Of a stretch of 64,000 nucleotides of DNA, positions 34,225 to 43,808 are shown in pieces. The notes under the pieces are model-generated. The model was given only the letters and a program-made list of their open reading frames with translations. It was not told the DNA's origin and did no database searches. Source of the stretch: a bacterium (GTDB lineage Bacteria > Vulcanimicrobiota > JAZDOK01); contig JAZDOK010000016.1 of NCBI GenBank assembly GCA_043798715.1, positions 1,036 to 65,035 on the forward strand, read 5' to 3'. Numbering within the stretch: the first letter of the stretch is position 1; each line of letters starts with the position of its first letter. The position numbers and the translations under genes are program-made.

Positions 34225-35496
34225 ATGGCGACGCAAACAAAAAAAATGAGTCTCTATGAGAGCGTAACCCGGCAGTTTAACAAGGCGGCCGACCTGATGA
34301 ACCTGGACTCTGAAATCCGGAAGATCCTGGGTAAGACAACCAATGAAATCGTCGTCAACTTTCCGGTCAAGATGGATGACGGGCGGGTGGAGATGTTTAC
34401 CGGCTACCGCGTCCAGCACAACAATGTGCTGGGCCCCTACAAAGGGGGGCTCCGATTCCACCCCGCGGTGGACATAGACGAGGTGCGCTCGCTGGCGGCC
34501 TGGATGACCTGGAAGACGGCCATTTCCGGCATCCCTTACGGCGGGGGCAAAGGGGGAATCCAGATCGACCCATCCAAATATTCTCCGACCGAGATGGAAC
34601 GAATCACCCGCCGCTTCACCTACGCGCTTGGAAACAACATCGGCCCGGAATACGACATCCCGGCCCCTGATGTGAACACTAATCCCCAGATCATGGCCTG
34701 GATCCTGGACACCTACCTTTCGACGATGCCGCCTCAGGAGCGGCAGCGCTGCATTCACGTGGTGACAGGGAAGCCCATCGAGTCCGGCGGCAGTGTCGGG
34801 CGGGATAAGGCGACGGGCCAGGGAGTGGTCTATCTGATCGAAGAATGGGCCAGGGACCGCAATGTGGACCTGCGAGGGGCGACTTATTTTGTGCAGGGAT
34901 TCGGGAATGTGGGTTCGTGGACGGCGCGGTTGCTTTCGCCGCTCGGTTCAAAACTCCTGGCGGTCGAGGACGTAACCGGTTCGATTCAGAACATGGAGGG
35001 CATCTATGCGGATGACCTGGTCGGATATGTGAAGGAGAAGGGCGGCGTCGGCGGCTATCCCAAGGCCAAGGCGATTGACCACGAGACATTCATGCGGACG
35101 AAGGCGGACATATTTATACCAGCGGCCATGGAGCGCCAGATCACGGCGGAGACCGCTCCGTGGTTGAATGTAAAACTGGTGGCGGAAGGCGCCAACGGCC
35201 CGACGGACCTGGATGGAGATGCCATTCTTCAGGAGAAGAATATTGACCTGATTCCGGACATTATGTGCAACTCGGGCGGAGTTATTGTGAGTTACTTCGA
35301 GTGGCTTCAGAACAAGCGGAGCGAGTTCTGGGATTTGGACGAGGTGGATTCGAAGCTTCACAAGAAGATTGTGAGCGCCTATCGCCGCGTTCGTGAGATG
35401 GCATGGAAGTACAACACCGATTGGCGCACCGCCGCCTATATTGTGGCTATCTCGCGCCTTGAGATGGTCTACAAGGAGCGCGGTATATTTCCGTGA
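34225..35496 (+). CDS. gdhA: Glu/Leu/Phe/Val-family glutamate dehydrogenase
   Basis: ..FTGYRVQHNN.LGPYKGGLRFHP.V..DEV..LA.WMTWK.A....PYGGGKGG (catalytic Lys motif) and the GFGNVG Rossmann motif. ATG 34225 follows AGGAGG. Confidence 0.95.
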   Translation: MATQTKKMSLYESVTRQFNKAADLMNLDSEIRKILGKTTNEIVVNFPVKMDDGRVEMFTGYRVQHNNVLGPYKGGLRFHPAVDIDEVRSLAAWMTWKTAISGIPYGGGKGGIQIDPSKYSPTEMERITRRFTYALGNNIGPEYDIPAPDVNTNPQIMAWILDTYLSTMPPQERQRCIHVVTGKPIESGGSVGRDKATGQGVVYLIEEWARDRNVDLRGATYFVQGFGNVGSWTARLLSPLGSKLLAVEDVTGSIQNMEGIYADDLVGYVKEKGGVGGYPKAKAIDHETFMRTKADIFIPAAMERQITAETAPWLNVKLVAEGANGPTDLDGDAILQEKNIDLIPDIMCNSGGVIVSYFEWLQNKRSEFWDLDEVDSKLHKKIVSAYRRVREMAWKYNTDWRTAAYIVAISRLEMVYKERGIFP

Positions 35497-35504
35497 TGGA
35501 GCCC

Positions 35505-35590
35505 GTGATGAGGTCGTTATTGTCTTCTCGACATCATCACATACTTCCCTCCATAAGGGGCCTGTGCCTTGCAAGCACGGGCCCCTTTGT
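35505..35590 (+). terminator. two-hairpin repeat module, copy 2; second hairpin plus T-run acts as the gdhA terminator
   Basis: GTGATGAGGTCG-ttattgtcttc-CGACATCATCAC, then GGGGCCTGTGCC-TTGCAA-GCACGGGCCCC-TTTGTATA. It begins 9 nt after the gdhA stop and is a duplicate of 16517-16596. Confidence 0.7.
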
Positions 35591-35647
35591 ATAAAGACCT
35601 CGTCTCTGGTTTAAGAAAGTGAAGGAAACGGCGGGCAGGGTGCCGAA

Positions 35648-36802
35648 GTGCCGCTCATGAAAGCAGAGACGAGCGCCCTTCGGGCTGAAGTGGATGCGCG
35701 TATTTCCAGGGAGGCTCTTCTGAGCGGAATGGATTTCCCGATCACCTGGGAACTCTACCCGGCCATGACCTGCAACCTGTCCTGCGTGTACTGTTACAAT
35801 GGGCCAAAGGCGCAGGAACTAGCCCGGACGCCCCTTCCGACCTACGCGCTTCCGGATCTGCTCTCCTTTTTAAGGTATTATGCCCGCCCCGGCGACCGCG
35901 TCTCGTTTACCGGCGGCGAGCCGTTTTCCCGAATAGAGTGGCTGGAAAGCCTCATAGCCGCCACTGAAAAGTCCGGCTTCATCTACTCGGCCTATACCAA
36001 CGGGACGCTTCTTGAAAAAGTGCCGCTTTCGCTGCTTCGACATTTCTCCCAGCTCAACGTCTCCATTGACGGGGATGAGGAGGCGACCGATCGGGTGCGC
36101 GGTGATGGTACTTTTCGGGCAATTCTCCGGAACCTCTCGGCCGTCCGCTCCTCCTTTCCGGGGCAGATCGTGGCCCGCATGACCGTGACCCCGTCGGGGA
36201 GGCTGGCCGAATCGGTTCAGGCGCTCCTTGAAAATCCCCACTTCGATCTCATCTACTGGCAGTATCAGAACCGGGCCGTCCTGGACGGCTCTTTCGGAGA
36301 AAGGCAGGAGGCGGAACTTCTGTCCCTGCTCCGCTTCTGGCTGTCCCGGCTGGAAGAGGGACAAGTTCTTCCGCTCTACCCCTTCAAGGCCATGACAGGA
36401 AAGCTTCTGGGTCAGAGACAGTATCCGGGATTTCCGCCGCCCTTCACACTGGGGTGCGGAGCCGGTTACAACTACGTGCAGATTTTTACCAGCGGAGACC
36501 TCTACGCCTGCCCGGAGCTTCTCCTGCACGAAGAGGCCCTCATGGGAAGTCTAAAAAACGGCCTCAGGCGCCGCGTTGAACTTTCAGATTTTCCGGACAA
36601 CCTATCCTGTCTGCGGTGCGAGGTCCTTGAGATTTGCCATGCCCGCTGCCTCCACTTTCGGCCGCTGGAATATTGCCGCCTCATCAGGAGTGCATTAAAC
36701 CTTCTTAAGGAGCGCCTTCCGGCGATCCGTCTCCTCATCGAGCAGGGCCGACTCAGTAACAATGACTTCGTCCTTCACCGGGAACTTGAGGAGATGTTTT
36801 AG
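35648..36802 (+). CDS. radical SAM / SPASM-domain enzyme (paralog of 26039-27103)
   Basis: CNLSCVYC is a CxxxCxxC motif. GGEPF and SIDGD are present, with a C-terminal CLRCEVLEICHARC cluster. It is collinear with the 354-aa paralog throughout. Confidence 0.85.
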   Translation: MPLMKAETSALRAEVDARISREALLSGMDFPITWELYPAMTCNLSCVYCYNGPKAQELARTPLPTYALPDLLSFLRYYARPGDRVSFTGGEPFSRIEWLESLIAATEKSGFIYSAYTNGTLLEKVPLSLLRHFSQLNVSIDGDEEATDRVRGDGTFRAILRNLSAVRSSFPGQIVARMTVTPSGRLAESVQALLENPHFDLIYWQYQNRAVLDGSFGERQEAELLSLLRFWLSRLEEGQVLPLYPFKAMTGKLLGQRQYPGFPPPFTLGCGAGYNYVQIFTSGDLYACPELLLHEEALMGSLKNGLRRRVELSDFPDNLSCLRCEVLEICHARCLHFRPLEYCRLIRSALNLLKERLPAIRLLIEQGRLSNNDFVLHRELEEMF

Positions 36803-36811
36803 GAGGAAGGA

Positions 36812-38854
36812 ATGTCCGATTTTCAGCTCCAGGCCCCCTACCCGCCCCGGGGGGATCAGCCGCAGGCCGTCGAGGCCGTCGCGCGCGGCCTGCGCGAGGG
36901 CCTCCCGGAGCAGACTATCCTGGGGGTGACCGGAAGCGGCAAGACCTTCGTCATGGCCAACGTCATAGCCGCTCTTTCCCGCCCGGCCCTGGTGATTTCT
37001 CACAACAAGACCCTGGCGGCGCAACTGGCCGGCGAGTTCCGGGAGTTTTTTCCCCATAACGCGGTCGAGTATTTCGTGAGCTACTACGACTACTATCAGC
37101 CGGAGGCCTATATTCCACAGTCCGACACCTACATCGAGAAGGATTCCGACATCAACCAGGATATTGACCGCCTGCGCCACGCGGCCACCCAGGCGGTTCT
37201 CGAACGGCGGGACGCCATCGTGGTGGCCAGTGTCTCCTGCATCTACGGCCTGGGTTCCCCCGAAGACTACATGAAGACGATCCTGGTCTTCCGCCTTGGG
37301 GATGAGGTCGAGCGAGCTTCCATCCTGAAGCGCCTGGTGGAGATGCAGTTCACCAGGAGCACGGCCACCCTGGCCCGGGGCCAGTTCCGCCTCAGGGGGG
37401 ATGTCCTTGAGATAGCTCCCGCGGACGAGGAGAACGTGGTGCGGATGGATTTTTTCGGGGACGCCGTAGAGAAAATTTCAGTTTACGACCCGGTATCCGG
37501 ACATATCCTGGCCCACAAGGAGCGGCTGGTGGTCTATCCGGCCAAGCATTTCATCACTCCGCTTCCCAAGCTCAAAGCGGCCCTGACCTCAATCGAACAG
37601 GAGCTTGAGGACCGCCTCCGGTACTTCCGGGACCATGAAATGCTCCTCGAGGCCCAGCGAATCGAACAGCGCACCCGCTATGACATGGAGATGCTCCGGG
37701 AAATAGGCTACTGCTCGGGCATCGAGAATTACTCCCGCCACTTAACCGGGAGGGCTCCCGGCCAGCCGCCGGCCACGCTCATTGACTACTTCCCGGAGGA
37801 TTTCATCGTCTTCATTGACGAATCACACGTGACCATTCCCCAGCTCCACGCCATGCGGCACGGGGACCGTTCACGAAAGGACAGCCTGATTAATTATGGC
37901 TTCAGACTCCCCTCGGCCTACGACAATCGCCCGCTCTCCTTTGAGGAATTCCGGGAGAGGATCGGCCAGGTGGTCTATGTTTCGGCCACTCCCGGGCCCT
38001 ACGAACTCAAGGTCAGCCGCCAGGTGGCGGAACTCATCGTCCGTCCCACCGGGATCGTGGACCCCGAAATCGTCATCCGTCCGGTGGCCGGGGAGGTGGA
38101 GGACCTCCTGGCCGAAATAAGGAAGCGGGCGGCCTCATCCGAGCGGGTGCTGGTGACGACCCTCACCAAGAAGATGGCCGAAGATCTCTCCGAGTACCTG
38201 GCGCAGGCAGGGATCAAGGTGCGCTACCTCCACTCCGATATTGACACGCTGGATCGAATCCAGATCCTCCGGGATCTGCGCCTGGGCACATTTGATGTGC
38301 TGGTGGGGATCAACCTGCTACGGGAGGGCCTGGACCTGCCGGAGGTCTCACTGGTGGCCATCCTGGACGCCGACAAGGAAGGATTCCTGCGCTCGGAGAC
38401 CTCGCTCATTCAGACCATCGGGAGGGCCGCCCGGAACATCAGCGGCACGGTCATCCTCTACGCCGATAAAATGACCGGCTCCATCAACCGTGCGGTGGAT
38501 GAGACGATGCGCCGCCGCCGAATCCAGCTTGAATATAACAAGACCTACGGGATCATCCCCGAGACGATTCGAAAATCGGTGCGCGATATTCTCGAATCTC
38601 TGGCGGTCTCCGAGCCGGAGACGGCCTACAAGGTGAAAGAGAAAGAATCTCTCTCCGTCAGATCGCTTGAAAAACTCATCCGGGAACTCGATCGGGCCAT
38701 GAAGGAGGCGGCCAAAAAGCTGGAGTTCGAAAAGGCCGCGGCCCTTCGGGACGAGATGTACGAGGCCCGGAAAAGCCTCTCCGAAAAGCTCAAGAACGCC
38801 CCCATCGGCCCGGTGGCCCTCTCCCTGCCCGGCCGAAGGCGCCGCCCAATTTGA
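36812..38854 (+). CDS. uvrB: excinuclease ABC subunit B
   Basis: F.L.APY.P.GDQP.A...L..G.......[17 protein letters not shown], helicase motifs, and a C-terminal UVR domain ([13 protein letters not shown]). Confidence 0.97.
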   Translation: MSDFQLQAPYPPRGDQPQAVEAVARGLREGLPEQTILGVTGSGKTFVMANVIAALSRPALVISHNKTLAAQLAGEFREFFPHNAVEYFVSYYDYYQPEAYIPQSDTYIEKDSDINQDIDRLRHAATQAVLERRDAIVVASVSCIYGLGSPEDYMKTILVFRLGDEVERASILKRLVEMQFTRSTATLARGQFRLRGDVLEIAPADEENVVRMDFFGDAVEKISVYDPVSGHILAHKERLVVYPAKHFITPLPKLKAALTSIEQELEDRLRYFRDHEMLLEAQRIEQRTRYDMEMLREIGYCSGIENYSRHLTGRAPGQPPATLIDYFPEDFIVFIDESHVTIPQLHAMRHGDRSRKDSLINYGFRLPSAYDNRPLSFEEFRERIGQVVYVSATPGPYELKVSRQVAELIVRPTGIVDPEIVIRPVAGEVEDLLAEIRKRAASSERVLVTTLTKKMAEDLSEYLAQAGIKVRYLHSDIDTLDRIQILRDLRLGTFDVLVGINLLREGLDLPEVSLVAILDADKEGFLRSETSLIQTIGRAARNISGTVILYADKMTGSINRAVDETMRRRRIQLEYNKTYGIIPETIRKSVRDILESLAVSEPETAYKVKEKESLSVRSLEKLIRELDRAMKEAAKKLEFEKAAALRDEMYEARKSLSEKLKNAPIGPVALSLPGRRRRPI

Positions 38855-38925
38855 CCTTTTTATTTAAAAGCCATTATCCCCCATTTGGTCTACTACTCTT
38901 TATGCCACTTAGGCCATACGAGGGA

Positions 38926-38954
38926 TTAAGAATTCCCCGGTTTTCTGGTACAAT
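38926..38954 (+). promoter_or_regulatory. candidate sigma-70 promoter for the pseudopilin cluster
   Basis: TTAAGA, a 17-nt spacer, then TACAAT with an extended-10 TG (TGGTACAAT). Confidence 0.3.
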
Positions 38955-38974
38955 AGTACGAGAGGGGGTGTTAA

Positions 38975-39346
38975 TTGCTATTCGCGCGAAAAAAAGGGAT
39001 GTCCATGATCGAGATTCTCTTTGCTATCGCCATCCTTTCCGTAGGGGTACTGGCCGTAATGGGGCTTTTTCCCGCTATATTCAAACTGAATACCAGTTCC
39101 AGTCTCACGGTCAGCGCTCTCTTCCTGGCCCAGGAAAAGATGGACGAGATTCTCGCGACGGGCAAGAGCATCTCGACCACGGAGGTAGCGGAGGAGATGC
39201 CCCAGCTTCCGCAGGGCCAGCGATTCCGGGTCGGCTCGGACGATCCCAACGGCGACCCGGATATCCAGATGATCACCGTGCGGGTCACCTGGAGGGAAAA
39301 AAGCCGTAGCAGGAGTGTTGTTTTGAAAAGTCTAATATCACCGTAG
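38975..39346 (+). CDS. prepilin-type N-terminal cleavage/methylation domain protein (minor pseudopilin)
   Basis: Leader ..KKG|MSMIEILFAIAILSVGVLAV is a class III signal peptide. Confidence 0.8.
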   Translation: MLFARKKGMSMIEILFAIAILSVGVLAVMGLFPAIFKLNTSSSLTVSALFLAQEKMDEILATGKSISTTEVAEEMPQLPQGQRFRVGSDDPNGDPDIQMITVRVTWREKSRSRSVVLKSLISP

Positions 39347-39364
39347 CGGAATGGAGAAAGGATC

Positions 39365-39991
39365 ATGAAGAAAAGGAATGGCGGTTTCACCCTGGCCGAG
39401 CTGATGGTGGTCTCCGTCCTTTTCCTGCTTGTCTCTTCCTCGATCATGGGGGTCCTGATCCTGGCTCTGAGCTGCTGGGAGAAGGCGGACGCCAGCGTGG
39501 CGGCCCAGCAGAACTCCAGGCTGGCCGTCTCTATCATCACGGCGGATTTGAAACAGGCGGTTGCCAACCAGGATCCCGGGCATGGGACGAACCCGCCCAC
39601 CGGATACCGGGCCATCTCCCCTGCCGTACCCCCCACCGGGGTCCTCTATCCGAACATGAACCAGACTTCAAGGGCCTATATCATCTTCAATGAGCCTTAT
39701 TTCAGCGCCTATGATCCCTCCGGAGCCTCCTGGGACCCGCAGGATCCCTCGAACTACCAGAAGATAAAATATTACGTTTCAAGCGGAATTATTCTTCGCC
39801 AGGTCACGAAATATGACTCCAGCAGCCAGATCGCCTCGACCAGGGAAGACCCGATTGCGGCGGTCAACGATGGCAGTATTACTCTTACGGTAGATTATCT
39901 TGGTCCAAATTTATTTAATGTTAAAGTGAGTGCCGTCGAAAAATCCAATACCTCCATATGCAGTTCAAAGGTCTATATTCCGGCCAGATGA
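39365..39991 (+). CDS. prepilin-type N-terminal cleavage/methylation domain protein
   Basis: MKKRNGG|FTLAELMVVSVLFLLV is a canonical G/FTLxE prepilin signal. Confidence 0.85.
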   Translation: MKKRNGGFTLAELMVVSVLFLLVSSSIMGVLILALSCWEKADASVAAQQNSRLAVSIITADLKQAVANQDPGHGTNPPTGYRAISPAVPPTGVLYPNMNQTSRAYIIFNEPYFSAYDPSGASWDPQDPSNYQKIKYYVSSGIILRQVTKYDSSSQIASTREDPIAAVNDGSITLTVDYLGPNLFNVKVSAVEKSNTSICSSKVYIPAR

Positions 39992-40017
39992 TTTGGGACC
40001 CGCCCGGAAGGAAGTGA

Positions 40018-41355
40018 TTGGCGATGAGTAATAAGTTTAAAAAGAAGCCGGGAGGAATCGCCCTTGTTCTGACGCTTCTCTCTCTCCTTATTATTTCCGT
40101 TCTGGGATTGGGGCTGGTGACGATCATGCTGGGGGAGTCGAGCGCCACCTCGCTTCAGGTAAGGGAATCCAAGTCCTATTACCTGGCCTGCGCCGGCGTT
40201 GCCAGGGCCACGGCTGAGCTTCGCCGGAATTCCACCTGGGGGACTTCTTCCCCGGTAACCGCTTCAATGGGAGAGGGGCAGTATGAGGTCACGGTCTGGG
40301 CCTCTCCAAACAACTCGACGAGTTCCTACAAGCTCTGGAAAGTGACTACACGCGGGCGGGCTTATGATTCCTCGCGGGAGATCGTCGCCTGGGTCGAGCA
40401 GGAATCGTTCGCCAAGTACGCCATGTTTACCGACAGCGAGAAGTCGAGCGACGGCACGACCATCTGGTATCTGACAAGAGACAGCATGACCGGACCTGTC
40501 CATACCAACGGCTATTACAGCATCAGCGGAATTCCCCGCTTCTCCGACAGAGTGACGGCCGCCAATACCTCCGATTCATATTATAATTCCACCTACCGGA
40601 GGTACTCCCAGGGGGGACATTATTATTATGATCCGGCTTATTTTTACCGTTACTCCACCGAACATGGAAACGAGAATTACAATTCGAACAAGCCGATGGC
40701 CCTGGAGGGCAGCGCCTCATTCTCTTTTCAGGGCGGGCAGCCGAGAATCACGCTTCCCACGGACACGGGGTTAATCGCCAGCCGGGCCAATACCACCTTC
40801 AACGACGATGTCGCCATCACTTTTAATGATGACGGAACGATGACGGTACATAGCGGAGCGTCCAATACGACCCTCTCCACCCAGACGACCACGATTCAGG
40901 TCAACGGCGATGCGGATGTCCATGGAACCCTGGCGGGGCGGACCACGATCGGTTGCTCGGGAGACATTAACATCGTCGGTGATATTGTCTATAATGACAA
41001 GACCCAGGATGTCCTGGGCCTCGTCGCCCAGGGGACCATATGGATAAAGACGAGCAGCAATGTCAAGCGGGATCTGGAAATTGACGCCGTCTTAATGGCG
41101 CTTAACAATTCCATGACGGTCGAAAACTACGATCGCGGGGTAGCACGCGGCACCCTTAGGATCTTCGGCGGAGTCATTCAGCGCTACCGCGGCGCCGTGG
41201 GCACTTTTAACACCAACTCCAACCAGGTGGCTTCGGGGTACAGCAAAGAGTATGTCTACGATCAGAAGCTTCTCAACAAGCCGCCCTTGAATTTCCCCGT
41301 CACCGGGGAGATCAAAATCAAGGCCTGGCAGGACAGGGGGGCGTTGGCGGAGTGA
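40018..41355 (+). CDS. PilX-N-like pilus/pseudopilus-associated protein
   Basis: The N-terminal GGIALVLTLLSLLIISVLGLGLV anchor is typical of PilX-type minor pilins. GPVHTNG...I.G.P.F...V motif is present. Large Ser/Thr/Asn-rich beta domain. Confidence 0.7.
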   Translation: MAMSNKFKKKPGGIALVLTLLSLLIISVLGLGLVTIMLGESSATSLQVRESKSYYLACAGVARATAELRRNSTWGTSSPVTASMGEGQYEVTVWASPNNSTSSYKLWKVTTRGRAYDSSREIVAWVEQESFAKYAMFTDSEKSSDGTTIWYLTRDSMTGPVHTNGYYSISGIPRFSDRVTAANTSDSYYNSTYRRYSQGGHYYYDPAYFYRYSTEHGNENYNSNKPMALEGSASFSFQGGQPRITLPTDTGLIASRANTTFNDDVAITFNDDGTMTVHSGASNTTLSTQTTTIQVNGDADVHGTLAGRTTIGCSGDINIVGDIVYNDKTQDVLGLVAQGTIWIKTSSNVKRDLEIDAVLMALNNSMTVENYDRGVARGTLRIFGGVIQRYRGAVGTFNTNSNQVASGYSKEYVYDQKLLNKPPLNFPVTGEIKIKAWQDRGALAE

Positions 41356-41888
41356 GCCAGGATAATCTTCTGCCCGATGGAAGAAAAGTTCTGGTGGAGA
41401 CCTCTCCCGAATTTAAGGCCTGGATTCGCGCGCAGGAGTGTAAGTCCGCCGTGCGGAAGGAAGAGGAGAGCCGGAAAGAGTTCCTGCCGCCGCCATTGGA
41501 GGAAAGCGTTCCTCTTTCCGGGCCGGGGAGCGATCGCGGGATCAGGGGCTATAACAGATTTGTTAACGCAATAATCATGCTCGTACTGGCGGGCTGCGTA
41601 CTTTTGTTCGGCTTTATCTCCTCTTATTACAACACCAGCATAGAAAAAAGTTCATCTCAGAAATTCAGGCATCCATTATCCCTAAGGGTATACGACAGCA
41701 GAACCAGGGATTTATCTTTGCTTCATCGCCATCTGAAACCCCAGGGGAGCCCTCCAATTGAAGACCATAGCTATTACATTCCCGAATGGCCCAAGCCGCT
41801 TCCGCTTTCTCCAGTACCTTTTGAGATGCCGGTGCCGCCGGATGAATCTCCGGACAAGGGAATGCCGGCGGGCCGCCTGAACATATAA
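41352..41888 (+). CDS. hypothetical single-pass membrane protein (pilus cluster)
   Basis: 178-aa ORF with a 4-nt overlap on the upstream gene. It has one TM segment (AIIMLVLAGCVLLFGFI) and a Pro-rich tail. Confidence 0.55.
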   Translation: MSQDNLLPDGRKVLVETSPEFKAWIRAQECKSAVRKEEESRKEFLPPPLEESVPLSGPGSDRGIRGYNRFVNAIIMLVLAGCVLLFGFISSYYNTSIEKSSSQKFRHPLSLRVYDSRTRDLSLLHRHLKPQGSPPIEDHSYYIPEWPKPLPLSPVPFEMPVPPDESPDKGMPAGRLNI

Positions 41889-41963
41889 GAACGTAAGAGG
41901 GATTTGCCATTCAATATTGAAAACAGAGGGAAGATATTTATCATAACAAGGGGGGTGAACTGT

Positions 41964-42329
41964 TTGAAAAAAATCGTATTGGCGCTTCTCCTGTCCGCAA
42001 TTTTTTTCGCCGGCTTCATGTCGTGCGTCCAGGCGCAGAAACCGGCCGCTCCCGGCCTGACTCTTCTTTATTTCTACAGCGATGGCTGAGGGGCCTGTGT
42101 CCAGATGAAGCCGGATCTCCTTCAGTTTGAAGGGGAGTGCGCGGCCAGGGTCAAAGTGGTGAAAATTGATGTCACCAAGCCCAGGGAACTCGATTGCAAA
42201 AATTACATCGATCTGTATAAATCCAGATATATTCCCCATCTGGTGCTCATCAACCAGGATCGGAAGATCCTCAAGACTCACACGGGGAGCATGACTAAAA
42301 AAGAACTCATTGATTTTGTAGGGGAATAG
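41964..42329 (+). CDS. secreted thioredoxin-fold protein with in-frame TGA at the first redox position (putative UxxC selenoprotein)
   Basis: ORFs 41904-42089 and 42105-42329 are in the same frame, separated only by TGA 42087-42089. Read-through gives ..LLYFYSDG-U-GACVQMKP..., the Trx WCGPC position, with a cis-Pro loop YIPHLVLI downstream. TTG 41964 follows AAGGGGGG and starts a signal peptide. Confidence 0.65.
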
Positions 42330-42359
42330 GGGACTCAGAGTTCGCCTGGTTTGCCATCA

Positions 42360-42386
42360 GGGCCTGCTTTACGCAGGCCCTTTTGT
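42360..42386 (+). terminator. rho-independent terminator
   Basis: GGGCCTGC-TTTAC-GCAGGCCC followed by TTTTGTT, 30 nt after the thioredoxin-like stop. Confidence 0.7.
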
Positions 42387-42444
42387 TGCAGGATTTAAGG
42401 GGGGCGGAGCGGAATACTCCCGGAAATATCAAGGAGGAGACGGG

Positions 42445-42600
42445 ATGGAAGATCATGACATGATGCTTGACCTGTACGATCTGCTGATGGATAGGACGGT
42501 CATCGCCGATTCCGAGGCGATGGCCACCGCCATGAATTTCTGGGGTTCCCTGTCCTGTGATATCACCATGTCGGATGAGGCGGGAAGGTTCCCGGCCTGA
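42445..42600 (+). CDS. small hypothetical protein (51 aa)
   Basis: Hand-found ORF MEDHDMMLDLYDLLMDRTVIADSEAMATAMNFWGSLSCDITMSDEAGRFPA, with a strong RBS AAGGAGGAG 6 nt upstream. Confidence 0.4.
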   Translation: MEDHDMMLDLYDLLMDRTVIADSEAMATAMNFWGSLSCDITMSDEAGRFPA

Positions 42601-42671
42601 CTGGCCGTAAGCGGCTTTCCTCACTTCTGGCGCGTTCAGGACTAAACAAGACAAATCAAGGAGGCAAGAGC

Positions 42672-43808
42672 ATGGCAAAGTACAAGATCGCGTGGCTCCC
42701 CGGAGATGGCATCGGAGTAGAGGTGTTAGAGGCGGCGAAGATCGTCCTCGACGAAACCTCGCTTGACGCCGAATACATCCACGGCGACATCGGCTGGGAG
42801 TTCTGGTGCAAAGAGGGGGACGCCTTTCCCCAGCGGACGATTGATCTCCTCAAGAATGTGAACGCCGCCATGTTCGGCGCCATCACCTCCAAACCGGTCA
42901 AGAGCGCCGAGGCCGAGCTCATCCCCGAGCTCAAGGGCCAGGGCCTGATCTATCGCTCGCCCATCGTCCGGATGCGCCAGCTTTTCGATTTGTATATCTG
43001 CCTGCGCCCCTGTAAGGCCTACCCGGGCAGCCCCATCAATTTCAAGGAAGGGCTCGACCTGGTGATCTTCAGAGAGAACACAGAGGGTCTCTACTCGGGG
43101 GTGGAGTTCGCGCCGGTGCCGGAAGAGCTTTCGCAGACACTCGCCAGGCTCTCCAAACCCTTCGCGCCCTTCCAGAAACTTGAGGGCGGGGACTATGCCA
43201 TTACCTGCAAGATAAACACCCGCAAGGGTTCTGAGCGGATCATCCGCTCCGCATTTGAGTTCACCAGAAAGTTCGGACGCAAAAAGGTCACGGTCATTCA
43301 CAAGGCCAACGTCGTTAGGGCCACTGAGGGGCTCTTCCTGGAGACAGCCAAGGAGGTGGCGAAGGATTATCCTGAAATCAGGATGGACGATGCCAATATC
43401 GATGCCATCTGCATGTGGCTTCTCAAGAACCCGTTCAATTATGACGTCCTGGTGGCGACCAACCTCTTCGGCGACATCATCTCAGACCTCTGCGCCCAGA
43501 TGGTTGGAGGACTCGGTTTCGGCTGTTCGGGTAATATCGGAGACAAGCTTGCCGTCTTCGAGCCGACCCACGGCTCGGCTCCAAAATACGCCGGCCAGCA
43601 CAAGGTGAACCCGATTGCCACCATCCTTGCGGCCAAGATGATGCTCGAGTGGCTGGGCGAGACGGAAAAGGCCCGTAGGGTCGAGGGGGCGGTGGCGGCC
43701 GTGATCAAGGAGGGCAAAGTACGGACCTATGACATGGGCGGCGCAGCCGGCACTCTGGACATGGCCCGCGCGGTCGCCGAACAGATAGCCCAACCAGTCA
43801 AGAATTGA
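42672..43808 (+). CDS. isocitrate/isopropylmalate dehydrogenase-family oxidative decarboxylase
   Basis: I.WLPGDGIG.EV......VL, ..R.LFDLY..LRP......, .FRENTEGLYSG.E, and NLFGDI.SD..A...GGLG... matches the family. The substrate cannot be told from sequence by eye. Confidence 0.88.
   Translation: MAKYKIAWLPGDGIGVEVLEAAKIVLDETSLDAEYIHGDIGWEFWCKEGDAFPQRTIDLLKNVNAAMFGAITSKPVKSAEAELIPELKGQGLIYRSPIVRMRQLFDLYICLRPCKAYPGSPINFKEGLDLVIFRENTEGLYSGVEFAPVPEELSQTLARLSKPFAPFQKLEGGDYAITCKINTRKGSERIIRSAFEFTRKFGRKKVTVIHKANVVRATEGLFLETAKEVAKDYPEIRMDDANIDAICMWLLKNPFNYDVLVATNLFGDIISDLCAQMVGGLGFGCSGNIGDKLAVFEPTHGSAPKYAGQHKVNPIATILAAKMMLEWLGETEKARRVEGAVAAVIKEGKVRTYDMGGAAGTLDMARAVAEQIAQPVKN

Noticed and set aside
42087-42089. 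TGA in the thioredoxin-like gene as a simple pseudogene lesion or sequencing error
   Set aside because: I did not adopt this as the primary reading. The stop falls exactly on the catalytic-Cys codon of an otherwise intact, same-frame thioredoxin fold. It remains the alternative hypothesis.
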